Assembly (NCBI GenBank): GCA_024685775.1
Contig: JAIKVL010000038.1
Location: 39,258 to 103,257 of the forward strand
Source: Clostridia bacterium
GTDB taxonomy: Bacteria > Bacillota > Clostridia > Christensenellales > CAG-1252
Length of the DNA stretch: 64,000 bases
Direction of reading: 5' to 3'
Of the stretch, positions 19,287 to 28,050 are shown one piece after another. The notes below the pieces were generated by a model, which was not told the DNA's origin, did not search any database, and saw only the letters and a list, made by a program, of their open reading frames with translations. The position numbers and the translations under genes were made by a program. Position 1 is the stretch's first letter; each line of letters begins with the position of its first letter.

Positions 19287-20579
19287 ATGGAGCTGTATTA
19301 CTTTGATTTGGCAATTTCTTGTATCGCCGCGGTGCTCGCGATCTTGGCATCGCTCAGCATAGCGTTTTTTTCTCGCGCCAAATCGGATGAAAAGGTTAAT
19401 AAAATCATTATTCTTTTGATGTTTTTGGTAATCTCGATTTTCGGCGGGATTTCTCGGGTTTATATCGCGCAGCCGTATGCCGCCCGCGGACCGATCTTTG
19501 CCTTTCGCAGCATAACGATCGCGGCGAGCCTCGGGCTTCTTTGCGCAATCTTTTGGGCGGTCGGTCGTCTCGCTTCCGTCCCGCCCAAGAAATATTTGGT
19601 ATGGTCGATCGTTATAACCGCTTTATCCGGCGTCGCGGCGATCTTGCTCGTCGTCAACGGGTTTACGCACTTTTTGTTTGACGTCGGCAAAGGAAACCAA
19701 ATTTTTATCGGAAAGGCGTTTTGGATCCTTCCCGTCTTGGAAGGAGGGCTTTGGCTTGCCGGCGTGGTTTGGGCTGTTTTGAACCGACGCGCGCTGTCGA
19801 GGCAGGACGCGATGATGTTCGTGATGCTGTTCGGCTTTTTCGCGGCGGGTACTGCGCTCGATATCGTTTTCCCGCAGATCACCTTTTTCGCGATGCTCGG
19901 GATCCTCGGTTTTTTGGCGGCGCTTGCGGTGGAATGCTCGAAAAGCGAGGTTCGTTTAGAAAAGGAAAAAGAAGAAGCGGATCGCCTGCGGAAAGACGTT
20001 ACCCGCGCGAACGAACAACTTTTGCACAGTCAAGTTTCGCCGCATTTTATTTATAACGCTTTGACGGCGATCCAAGCGCTTCCGAACAATCCGGACACGA
20101 CGAAAAAAGCGATCGGCGATTTCGCGAGATTCCTGCGCCAAACGCTGACGACGATCAATGAAAACCAGCTGATCCCCTTCGATATGGAGCTCGAAAACGT
20201 GCAAACCTATTTTCGCCTGGAAAAGATTCGCTTCGGGGAAAAACTGAAAGTCGATTACGATATCGAAGAAGATAATTTTTACGTTCCCGCGATGAGCGTC
20301 CAAATCCTTGCGGAAAACGCGGTCAAGCACGGCGTTTCGGTCAAGCGCGAGGGCGGGACGGTCAAGATCACGACGAAGAAAAGGGGCGATTCGGTCTTTA
20401 TAACGATCGAGGACGACGGCGTCGGGTTTGACGTCAATAAAGCGCTCGATTCGACGCATATCGGGATCCGAAACGTTAAAAACAGGCTTCATACGCTTTC
20501 GGCGGGAGCTTTGTATCTTTTCAGCGAGATCGGGAAAGGGACGACGGCGTCGATCGAGATCTACACTCAGAAAAAATAA
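19287..20579 (+). CDS. sensor histidine kinase, LytS/YesM type (His_kinase + HATPase_c), no adjacent cognate regulator
   Basis: N-terminal multi-TM sensor. H-box region HSQVSPHFIYNALTAIQAL. ATPase motifs ENAVKHG, DDGVGF and GIGIRNV. Start set at MELYYFDL (ATG 19287). Confidence 0.85.
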   Translation: MELYYFDLAISCIAAVLAILASLSIAFFSRAKSDEKVNKIIILLMFLVISIFGGISRVYIAQPYAARGPIFAFRSITIAASLGLLCAIFWAVGRLASVPPKKYLVWSIVITALSGVAAILLVVNGFTHFLFDVGKGNQIFIGKAFWILPVLEGGLWLAGVVWAVLNRRALSRQDAMMFVMLFGFFAAGTALDIVFPQITFFAMLGILGFLAALAVECSKSEVRLEKEKEEADRLRKDVTRANEQLLHSQVSPHFIYNALTAIQALPNNPDTTKKAIGDFARFLRQTLTTINENQLIPFDMELENVQTYFRLEKIRFGEKLKVDYDIEEDNFYVPAMSVQILAENAVKHGVSVKREGGTVKITTKKRGDSVFITIEDDGVGFDVNKALDSTHIGIRNVKNRLHTLSAGALYLFSEIGKGTTASIEIYTQKK

Positions 20580-20636
20580 AAATTTTCCCTCGTTCGGAGT
20601 TTTTCCCCGAAAAAGAGACACGTTTTTTTTGAATGT

Positions 20637-20668
20637 AAAACGGCGAATGATCTCGCCGTTTTTTTTCT
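20637..20668 (+). terminator. rho-independent terminator after kinase gene
   Basis: AAAACGGCGA ATGATC TCGCCGTTTTTTTT. Confidence 0.8.
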
Positions 20669-20722
20669 TTCGGATCATCAAACGGAATTTCCGAAAAGGA
20701 AAGTTTTGAACGAAATACCCCA

Positions 20723-20752
20723 TTGACGAAAGACGATTGAATGGAGTATAAT
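20723..20752 (+). promoter_or_regulatory. sigma-A type promoter of the large lipoprotein gene
   Basis: TTGACG (20723-20728), 18-nt spacer, TATAAT (20747-20752). Confidence 0.55.
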
Positions 20753-20804
20753 ACAAAAAATGTTATGTTTTGCATTCATTGTTTAGAATCGGAGGGAAAA
20801 GACA

Positions 20805-23800
20805 ATGAGCGAAAAGTTGAAACGATTGATTTTGATCACCGCGATTTTTGTCCTCGCGCTGAGCCTTGCGCTCGTCACGGTTGCGTGCGATAAGCCGGGG
20901 GCAGACCCAAAACCCGAGCCCGAAAAACAGATCGTGCGGTTGGACGCCGCGCCTTCCGCAGACTCGGACAAGACGGTTTCGGAGGGAAAGTTCGTCCTGC
21001 CGGAAGGGCAGGCGGTTTCGTTTTCGGTGAGTGATTTTGCGGTAAAAGCCGTTTATTCGGATGGGAGCGAGGCTTCGATCACGGGCGGCTTTTCCATCGA
21101 CGCAAGCTCGATCTCGGAAAACGTCACCGCGGGAACGTATTCCGTCACGATAACCTACGGGTCGCACAACGCTTACGTCTCGGTCGAAGTCGTAACTTCG
21201 CTGACGCCGCTGCCCGCTCTCGACGATAGCGTCGAAAAGCGTTTTTCGTATGAGGGAACCCCGTTTGACCTTATAACCGAGCTCGACGCGCAGCGCGAAC
21301 AAGCGGATCGGATCGAGACGCTTCTTTCCGACGGCAAAATTTCGATCTCGACCGAAGAAAATCTCGGCACGCGCAGCGCGACGGACGCGGGGGATTATAT
21401 GCTTTGCCTCGTCGCCGCGCCCGGGTACGCTTGGGTGGATCAATACGGAGGAAACGTCACGGAAAAAACCTTCCGTTGGTCGATCGCGAAAAAGATCGTT
21501 CCGATCCCGTCCGTAGACGGCCCTACGACGTTTGAATACACGGGGCAGGTAATCACGCTCCCCGTCAATTTGCACGGATTCGGCGATCATATCACGCTGT
21601 CGAACGGGGTTTCGGAGACGAATCAAGGGATCGACGCGAACGGGGAAGACGGCGGCTATTTCTGCTACGCCTTTATCAGGGACGAAGATCAAAACAATTA
21701 CGTCTTCGAAGGCGGCATGGTCGGCGCGGACGTCTGCTCTTGGAAGATCACGCCGAAGAAAGTCGCATATCCGACTCTTTCCGGGTATCAGTGGAGCGAG
21801 ACGCGGAACGGCGTCGAATACTATCACTATCCTTATACGGGAAGCGAGATCGCAGTCGCGACCAATTTGGATAACGATCCTGCTTTCACCGTTCGGAAGA
21901 ATGCCGGCGGCTTGATCGTGGACGTCTATCCCTTTGAAAACGGATCGTACTTCGTGGAGATCGATCTCGCGGATCAGACGAAATCGGGCAACTATCGTTG
22001 GGCGGACGGAACGCGGATTTCCGCCGTTTCGCTTAACGTCGTCGTCGACCCGATCGATTACGTCCTTCCGAGCGCGGTCTCGTCCGCTACCCTGAAAGCG
22101 AGCGCCGACTATTCGTCCTCGGGCTCTTTCGAGACCATCGGCGCGAACGCGTTTACCGAGGCAACGCGCGATTTGCTCGCGGATCAAGAGGTCTGGATCG
22201 ACGGCGTCTCGGACGTGACGTATAACGACGGCGCGACCTACGGCGCGGGCGTACAAACCCTTCAATTCCTGTTTAAGCGCAGCCAAAACTATAAACCGCT
22301 TCCGATCGAAATCGAAGTGACGATCAATCGCGCGGTCGTAATCGTTCAGTCGCCCGCGTGGTACGGACCGCAGAACACGACCGATTCGGAGAACGTCTAC
22401 GACGTCGGAGAAGGGAATTTCCTCTATAACGGTTTGCCGCAGAGAAAAGAACTCGACTTGTACTATTACTCCTACGCTTTGCTTGACGAGTTGCTTTACG
22501 CGAAAGTTACCTACGACGTTTATTACGGAACGGAAGAGGGCGTCTACGGAGAAACTCCGATCGCGCACAACGTCGTAACGAGCAACGATTACGGCAGGTA
22601 TCGCTTCGCGTACGACGGAGAAAACAGCGCTGCCGCCGGCTACTACAAGACGGTCGCGACCCTTTCGATCGACGGCGGGAATTACGTCTTTATAGATGAG
22701 AATCAAGCCGAAGTCACTTCGGTCGAGACGACTTGGAAGATCGAAAAGGCGAAATTGGTCCTGTATCCCGCCCTCGGCGGCACCCATTACAGCAATCAAG
22801 GCTTCATTTATCAAGCCGGGAGAAACGCGGAAGAACGCCCGTACGGCTACTACACGGGCATAGATAAGACCGTCGTCTTAAACGAAAGCGAAACGGGACT
22901 TGAACTTGCGGATCGGTACGGAAACGACGGGACTCCGAAAGCGGTAAGCGTTACGGTCGCCGATTACGTCGAGATCGGAGAGCTGAGTCATTTTGTCTAC
23001 GACGTTGGCTCGGCGACGTGGATCGCGGCGTTGAATACGTCGGAGACGGGCAAATACAAAACGACCCTCGGCGCATCTTTGAAAGAAGGACTTTCCGCGA
23101 ATTACGAGCTTACGGTCAAGGAGAGCGAGTGGAGGATTTATTCCGACACGATCGACGCGAGAAGTCTCGCTTGGGTGAACCTCGGGCAATACGCTTACGG
23201 CAAGGGCGAACCTTACGTCTTTAACGTCCCGGATGGGCTTTCCGTTTGGACTTCGTTGGACAGTGACGCGACCTATCAGGGCGGAAACGTCGGCTTGAAT
23301 CGCAAGTATTGCAGGGTCTACGCTTCGGAGTTTGCGGACGGTTACGAAGGCGTTACGATCCTGAAACCCGATAGCTGGATCTATAACGAGCCGAATCACA
23401 ATATTTCGAGCACGTCGGAGTACACGATCACGAAAAGGGTCTTGACGAAAGACGATTTCTATATGAACGTCGTGATCAACAGACCCGAATCGCCGCTTCC
23501 CGAGATCCGCAAAATGACGGATGATTACGAGGTCGGGTTTGAGGACGGCGCGGGGTATTACGGAGATCTCGGATACGACGATATGCGGGATTTCGGAATT
23601 ATGATCGAGCGCGACGTTTGGGCGGATAATTTGCACGGTTGCATTTCAAACGAATTCGAGCGCGGAGAGTACACGTTCAGCGGATTCGTCTGGATCCAAA
23701 ACGCGACGAACGGCAACTACGGGTTCGACGAGACGCAGGATTACGTCGAGCTTTTGACCGAGGACTATTACTGGGGAGAGGAGGAGATCGTCGATTACGA

Positions 23801-23855
23801 CAGCTTGTCTTATAAATATATTTTGCGCTTCTCCTTTACTTGGAGTATCGTTTAA
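20805..23855 (+). CDS. large surface lipoprotein with repeated Ig-like/beta-sandwich modules
   Basis: 1016-aa ORF. Lipoprotein signal LALSLALVTVAC|DK followed by a Pro/Glu/Lys linker. Repeated modules end in W-x-I-x-K-K/A motifs (FRWSIAKKIV, CSWKITPKKV, TTWKIEKAKL, SEWRIYSDTI) with GxY..Y signatures such as AGTYSVTITYG. Confidence 0.8.
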   Translation: MSEKLKRLILITAIFVLALSLALVTVACDKPGADPKPEPEKQIVRLDAAPSADSDKTVSEGKFVLPEGQAVSFSVSDFAVKAVYSDGSEASITGGFSIDASSISENVTAGTYSVTITYGSHNAYVSVEVVTSLTPLPALDDSVEKRFSYEGTPFDLITELDAQREQADRIETLLSDGKISISTEENLGTRSATDAGDYMLCLVAAPGYAWVDQYGGNVTEKTFRWSIAKKIVPIPSVDGPTTFEYTGQVITLPVNLHGFGDHITLSNGVSETNQGIDANGEDGGYFCYAFIRDEDQNNYVFEGGMVGADVCSWKITPKKVAYPTLSGYQWSETRNGVEYYHYPYTGSEIAVATNLDNDPAFTVRKNAGGLIVDVYPFENGSYFVEIDLADQTKSGNYRWADGTRISAVSLNVVVDPIDYVLPSAVSSATLKASADYSSSGSFETIGANAFTEATRDLLADQEVWIDGVSDVTYNDGATYGAGVQTLQFLFKRSQNYKPLPIEIEVTINRAVVIVQSPAWYGPQNTTDSENVYDVGEGNFLYNGLPQRKELDLYYYSYALLDELLYAKVTYDVYYGTEEGVYGETPIAHNVVTSNDYGRYRFAYDGENSAAAGYYKTVATLSIDGGNYVFIDENQAEVTSVETTWKIEKAKLVLYPALGGTHYSNQGFIYQAGRNAEERPYGYYTGIDKTVVLNESETGLELADRYGNDGTPKAVSVTVADYVEIGELSHFVYDVGSATWIAALNTSETGKYKTTLGASLKEGLSANYELTVKESEWRIYSDTIDARSLAWVNLGQYAYGKGEPYVFNVPDGLSVWTSLDSDATYQGGNVGLNRKYCRVYASEFADGYEGVTILKPDSWIYNEPNHNISSTSEYTITKRVLTKDDFYMNVVINRPESPLPEIRKMTDDYEVGFEDGAGYYGDLGYDDMRDFGIMIERDVWADNLHGCISNEFERGEYTFSGFVWIQNATNGNYGFDETQDYVELLTEDYYWGEEEIVDYDSLSYKYILRFSFTWSIV

Positions 23856-23871
23856 GAAGCGTAGCGAACGC

Positions 23872-23908
23872 TCGGAAAACGGGAGAACCTTCCTTCGATG
23901 GAAGGCTC
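23872..23908 (+). terminator. rho-independent terminator after lipoprotein gene
   Basis: GGAGAACCTTCC TTCGAT GGAAGGCTCTCC followed by T7. Confidence 0.8.
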
Positions 23909-23955
23909 TCCTTTTTTTCGGATGCAATTGACGGTTGACAAAATTTTCGAGGGTA

Positions 23956-23984
23956 TTGACAATTTGGGATATATATACTAAAAT
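23956..23984 (+). promoter_or_regulatory. sigma-A type promoter driving the riboswitch leader
   Basis: TTGACA (23956-23961), 17-nt spacer, TAAAAT (23979-23984). Confidence 0.55.
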
Positions 23985-23994
23985 ATAATTAACT

Positions 23995-24072
23995 TAATAA
24001 TCGGCAAAATCGGGGAAACCCGATGACGCAAAGCTATAGGGCCTTTAACCATGGCAGCCAGTTGCACACCTT
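23995..24072 (+). ncRNA. c-di-GMP-I (GEMM-I) riboswitch aptamer
   Basis: Sequence aatcGGCAAAatcggGGAAAcccgatGACGCAAAGCtataGGGCctttaaccatGGCAGCCagtTGC. This matches the conserved GGCAAA, a GNRA-capped P1b hairpin, ACGCAAAGC and the CAGCC..UGC elements of GEMM-I. It lies in the 5' leader of a GGDEF gene. Confidence 0.75.
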
Positions 24073-24131
24073 TTACGATCGAATTCCGTGAATCGTTCAG
24101 TCGGATCCGATCGATCGAACCGTGTATGAAA

Positions 24132-24167
24132 CCGTCGCTCTTGCTTTGCGTGTAGCGGCGTTTTTTA
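24132..24167 (+). terminator. intrinsic terminator forming the riboswitch expression platform
   Basis: Stem CCGTCGCT..AGCGGCG (includes one G-U pair) followed by TTTTTTATT, 38 nt before the GGDEF start codon. Confidence 0.55.
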
Positions 24168-24204
24168 TTGTAAGCGCCGAATCGACGTAGAAAAAAACGA
24201 GAGG

Positions 24205-25596
24205 ATGAAACGTAACGACGGAAAACAAAACAGAAACGAAACGCGAATTCGGAGACCGATCAAAAGGACTTTGCTGATCCTTTCCGTTCTCGTTATCGTC
24301 GTCCTTTGCGGGCTGACGACTTTGCTGTCGTATTTATTCGTTTCTTCGATCATTGAAAAAGATAACAGTGAACGCCTTACCGATATCGTTTCTTATATTG
24401 AGACGCGGGTCGACGCCGATGATTTGAAGGCTTGCCGCGACACGGGGGTAAAATCCGCGAAATACGTCGAATTGCAAGCCTTTTTGAATGAATTTATCGA
24501 CGAGTTCGATATTGTCTATCTTTATATCGTCGTTCCGACGAAGACGGAGATGGTCAACGTCATTTCCGCGACCAGCCGAGAAGAGCGCGACGCGGGCGAG
24601 GACGATCTCGAACTCGGCGAGATCAGCGACGCATACACCGAAGAGGAACTCAAACCCTATTGCGACCTGTACGGGAAAAAGGAGATCGGATTTTTTGAAG
24701 AGTCCTCGGATTGGGGAACGTATTTTACCGCCTGTAAAACCCTTTTCGACAGCAACGGAGAGAAAGTCGCGCTGATCTGCGCGGACAGAGATATCAATGC
24801 GATCCGCAGACGCACCGCGATGATGGTCGTTACCGTCGCGGGATCGGTCCTCGCCGCCATCACGATCTTCGCGCTCGTCGTCAGATTCCTGTTCCGAAAG
24901 AACGTGACGGGTCCGCTTTTCAATCTTGAAGAGAACGCGCGTTCCTTCGCGAGCGATGTTAAAAACGGTTCCGAGATAACGAAAACGGATTACGTTTCTC
25001 CCGAGATCAAGACCGGAAACGAGGTCGAGTCGCTTGCCGATGCGATCGAGTATATGGCGACCAGCTTGAAAGAAAGCGCGCAAAAATCCATCGACGCGGC
25101 GCGCGAGTACGCGAAAAATCTGTACGCCGCCCGCGAACAAGCGGACAGCGACGCTTTGACGGGCGTAAAGAACAAGCACGCGTATATCGATCTCGAAGGG
25201 CAGATCAATCAAACGATCGAAGAAGGGAATCCGAAACCGTTTGCGGTCGTGATCTTCGATATCAACGGATTGAAGCGCGTAAACGACACCGAAGGTCACG
25301 TCGCCGGCGACGACTTTATCCGCTCGGCGTGTAAACTTATCTGCGACGTGTTCAAGCACAGCCCCGTCTTCCGCGTAGGCGGCGACGAATTCGCCGTGAT
25401 CGCCGAGGGCGAGGATTATGTCGATATCGAAGAACGGGTCGAAGAAGTCGAAAAGAGAAATCAAAAGAATCGCGAGAGCGGGCAGGCGACGGTCGCATGC
25501 GGGTTCGCGAGATACGACGGAGAAACCGACGTGATGTCCGTCTTTAAGAAAGCGGATGCGCGGATGTATGAAAACAAGCGAAAAGCCGAGCGATAA
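24205..25596 (+). CDS. membrane diguanylate cyclase (Cache-like sensor domain + GGDEF)
   Basis: 463 aa. Two TM helices flank an extracytoplasmic domain (YLYIVVP..GTYFTACKTLFDSNGEKVALICADRDI). C-terminal motifs DALTGVKNKHAY, FDINGLKRVND and RVGGDEFAV are present. Confidence 0.85.
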   Translation: MKRNDGKQNRNETRIRRPIKRTLLILSVLVIVVLCGLTTLLSYLFVSSIIEKDNSERLTDIVSYIETRVDADDLKACRDTGVKSAKYVELQAFLNEFIDEFDIVYLYIVVPTKTEMVNVISATSREERDAGEDDLELGEISDAYTEEELKPYCDLYGKKEIGFFEESSDWGTYFTACKTLFDSNGEKVALICADRDINAIRRRTAMMVVTVAGSVLAAITIFALVVRFLFRKNVTGPLFNLEENARSFASDVKNGSEITKTDYVSPEIKTGNEVESLADAIEYMATSLKESAQKSIDAAREYAKNLYAAREQADSDALTGVKNKHAYIDLEGQINQTIEEGNPKPFAVVIFDINGLKRVNDTEGHVAGDDFIRSACKLICDVFKHSPVFRVGGDEFAVIAEGEDYVDIEERVEEVEKRNQKNRESGQATVACGFARYDGETDVMSVFKKADARMYENKRKAER

Positions 25597-25623
25597 AAGC
25601 AAGGCTCAATAAGGAGGATCAAA

Positions 25624-26172
25624 ATGGCAAAGGCAGAAAACAAGTATTCGGGAACGCAAACCGAAAAGAATCTCGAAGCGGCGTTCGCGGGCGAATCGCA
25701 AGCGCGCAATAAATATACCTATTTCGCGTCCGTCGCGAAAAAGGAAGGTTACGAGCAGATCTCGGCGCTTTTCCTGAAAACCGCGGAAAACGAAAAAGAA
25801 CACGCGAAACTTTGGATCAAAGAGCTGAAAGGGCTCGGAAGCACGGCGGAGAATCTCGAAGCCGCGGCGGACGGGGAAAATTACGAATGGACGGATATGT
25901 ACGAGTCCTTCGCCGTCACCGCCGAAAAGGAAGGCTTCCCCGAGCTCGCGAAGAAATTTCGCCTTGTCGGGGCGATCGAAAAGCATCACGAAGAGCGCTA
26001 TCGCGCGCTTTTGAAAAACATCGAAACGGCGCAGGTCTTCGAAAAAAGCAGCGTCAAAGTCTGGGAATGCCGCAACTGCGGGCATATCGTCGTCGGCGAA
26101 AAAGCGCCCGACATCTGCCCGACCTGCGCGCATCCTCAATCGTATTTCGAGATCAATTGCGAGAACTATTGA
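25624..26172 (+). CDS. rbr: rubrerythrin
   Basis: Ferritin-like N-terminus [37 protein letters not shown]-terminal rubredoxin-like motif CRNCGH..CPTCAHP. Confidence 0.9.
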   Translation: MAKAENKYSGTQTEKNLEAAFAGESQARNKYTYFASVAKKEGYEQISALFLKTAENEKEHAKLWIKELKGLGSTAENLEAAADGENYEWTDMYESFAVTAEKEGFPELAKKFRLVGAIEKHHEERYRALLKNIETAQVFEKSSVKVWECRNCGHIVVGEKAPDICPTCAHPQSYFEINCENY

Positions 26173-26496
26173 TCCGAAAAGGAGGAGAAAAAGCGATGTA
26201 ATTTCGGTTTTATGGATCTTCGGGGCGTACTTACCTTTCTTTCTGTATAACGTTTTTTCGGTATGCCGCGGTAAATGCAAAGCGAAAAGGGACAGCGAAG
26301 GATTTCGGAGAAGATTCGACCGCTCGTCCTTATTCGGGGAAGCGTACGGAGGCTTTCCCCGGCGATGCGGGCGATTCGCCCTCAATCGGGATTCGACTTT
26401 GCGACCGCGTTCGACGTGCCGCTCCATACAACGTTGTTCGGGTGCGTTCCGTCGGTCTTTAAGATCTGATTTCGCCGAGTGCGGATCAGGGGAGAG

Positions 26497-26524
26497 AAAG
26501 ATCGGCTGATTGCCGATCTTTTTC
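26497..26524 (+). terminator. rho-independent terminator in the rbr-sigma intergenic region
   Basis: AAAGATCGGC TGATT GCCGATCTTTTT. It lies ~325 nt downstream of the rbr stop. Confidence 0.6.
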
Positions 26525-26548
26525 TGCCCTTTTTCAAAACTTTGATTA

Positions 26549-26584
26549 TTTTTGTCACATTTTCGGGAAATGGAAGCAACTATA
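26549..26584 (+). promoter_or_regulatory. candidate alternative-sigma promoter (copy 1) upstream of the sigma factor gene
   Basis: TTTTTGTCACATTTT-N14-AACT-N3-AAG, with TGTCACA at 26553 and AACT at 26578. The same motif with identical 25-nt spacing recurs at 27967-28002. Confidence 0.45.
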
Positions 26585-26682
26585 AAGCGGACGGCGCGGA
26601 TCGCGGGCGTAACTTGACGACTTTTTCCCCGAGGTGATATGATAAAACCGACACGCGGAAGCTCCGCGGGAAGGAGAAAACC

Positions 26683-27192
26683 TTGAACGAGAGCGAATTC
26701 AACAGATTGCTTTTGTCCGTAAAGACGAGCGAACGGGCGCTGACGAAACTGCACGGGTATTATTTCGGCAGGATCGTTTTTCACGTCGCAAAGACCTACG
26801 GAAAACCTTTCGCCGAAGACGTCGCCGAGGATTTCTTTCTGTGGCTTCTGAAAGCGGAGCATCTGCCGCACGTCCTGTATCCGACTGCTTGGGTCTATCT
26901 CCAATGCGACAGTATCGCCAAGCGAAAGGTGCAAAAAGAAGCTCGTTACGTTCACGGCGAGATCGAATTCGAGCAGGAAGAAAAGCATAAGGAAGAGCTG
27001 TTCGGCGATCTGTACGAAGCGATCGGCGGACTCGGCGAGATCGAGAAAAAGATCGTCGAAATGCATTACTGGGAAGGCTATTCTTTAAAGGAGATCGCGC
27101 CGATCCTCGGGATCGAGTACGCCGCCGTTCGCCAGCGGCATAAAAGGCTTCTATCGAAACTGAAAGAGACGTTGAAGAAGATCGGGATCTGA
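26683..27192 (+). CDS. sigma-70 family (ECF-like) RNA polymerase sigma factor
   Basis: 169 aa with a TTG start. Region-2-like DVAEDFFLWLL. Region-4 HTH EMHYWEGYSLKEIAPILGIEYAAVRQRHKRLLSKL. Confidence 0.75.
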   Translation: MNESEFNRLLLSVKTSERALTKLHGYYFGRIVFHVAKTYGKPFAEDVAEDFFLWLLKAEHLPHVLYPTAWVYLQCDSIAKRKVQKEARYVHGEIEFEQEEKHKEELFGDLYEAIGGLGEIEKKIVEMHYWEGYSLKEIAPILGIEYAAVRQRHKRLLSKLKETLKKIGI

Positions 27193-27203
27193 CGGAGGGA
27201 AAT

Positions 27204-27956
27204 ATGTCGAAAGAAAAGAAATTGAAACGATATGCCGAAAACAGGCTTTCCTCTTTCGCCGACGGCGAAGATTCGTTGGCGCGCCTCAAAAAAGAGCAGA
27301 CGTTGAACGCGCCGCGCAAGGAAAAGAAAGAGCGGAGCCCCTTCCTTTTCAAAAAGGCGGCGGTTACTTTTTCCGCGGTCATCGTCATTGCTGCGGTGGC
27401 GGTTTGTTTTGCGCGATTCGCGCCTATTATGACTCCGAATAAAGCGATTCCCACCGCGTCGAACAGTTCGGCTTCCGAGTCGAAAGGTTCTTTTTGGCAT
27501 TGGGGCGCGGACGATGCGTCCGGAAACCACGGATTCCTTCCGTCGCCGAAAGGCGGATCGCAGACGGAAAACGCGGGGGAATCCTCTTCTCCGAGCAATG
27601 CCGAGATCCTTGCGGAACTCAACGCTGCAACCGAGTTTTTGAAAGTCACGCTTCCGAGTGGGGCGTCGGCGCGAAAATCGGACTCGGTCGATGGCTACGA
27701 AATTACTCTCTATGACGGCGGGAAGTATTTGTTCGGCGCGCTTGTCTCGTTTGAAGAGGCAGATCCGGAGGATGCCGCTTTCGGCAATCATCGGGCGACT
27801 GTCGGAGAGCAACCGTTTGTCTACAAGGAAGATAGCGCAGGCGTTTGGCAAGGAATCATTACGACCGAAAAAGAAATCGTCTACGTTGTTTACTGCGTAA
27901 GTGAGGGCGAAGAAAACTTCCTCAGGACGGTAGGCTCGTATTTTTCAAAAAAATAA
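27204..27956 (+). CDS. putative single-pass anti-sigma factor
   Basis: Starts 12 nt after the sigma gene. Short cytoplasmic N-terminus, one TM helix (AAVTFSAVIVIAAVAVCFARFA), Ser-rich linker and an extracytoplasmic domain. The call rests on position and topology only. Confidence 0.5.
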   Translation: MSKEKKLKRYAENRLSSFADGEDSLARLKKEQTLNAPRKEKKERSPFLFKKAAVTFSAVIVIAAVAVCFARFAPIMTPNKAIPTASNSSASESKGSFWHWGADDASGNHGFLPSPKGGSQTENAGESSSPSNAEILAELNAATEFLKVTLPSGASARKSDSVDGYEITLYDGGKYLFGALVSFEEADPEDAAFGNHRATVGEQPFVYKEDSAGVWQGIITTEKEIVYVVYCVSEGEENFLRTVGSYFSKK

Positions 27957-27966
27957 TTTTTTCGAT

Positions 27967-28002
27967 TTTTTGTCACATTTTTCCAAAGAAGCGGTAACTG
28001 AT
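27967..28002 (+). promoter_or_regulatory. candidate alternative-sigma promoter (copy 2) upstream of the vWA lipoprotein gene
   Basis: TTTTTGTCACATTTT-N14-AACT-N3-AAG, with TGTCACA at 27971 and AACT at 27996. Confidence 0.45.
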
Positions 28003-28050
28003 AAGTGAACGAAGGTTTCGCAAGGGAAACCGAAAGAAAGGAGAAAGAAG

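Noticed and set aside
20763-22814. 683-aa minus-strand ORF opposite the large lipoprotein gene
   Set aside because: Same shadow-ORF pattern: Arg/Asp/Val-rich with no motifs. The + strand gene has a promoter, SD, lipobox and terminator.
24334-27066. Minus-strand ORFs 24334-25602 (422 aa) and 25606-27066 (486 aa)
   Set aside because: They are antisense to the GGDEF, rubrerythrin and sigma genes and have no motifs. The second crosses intergenic DNA and a terminator.
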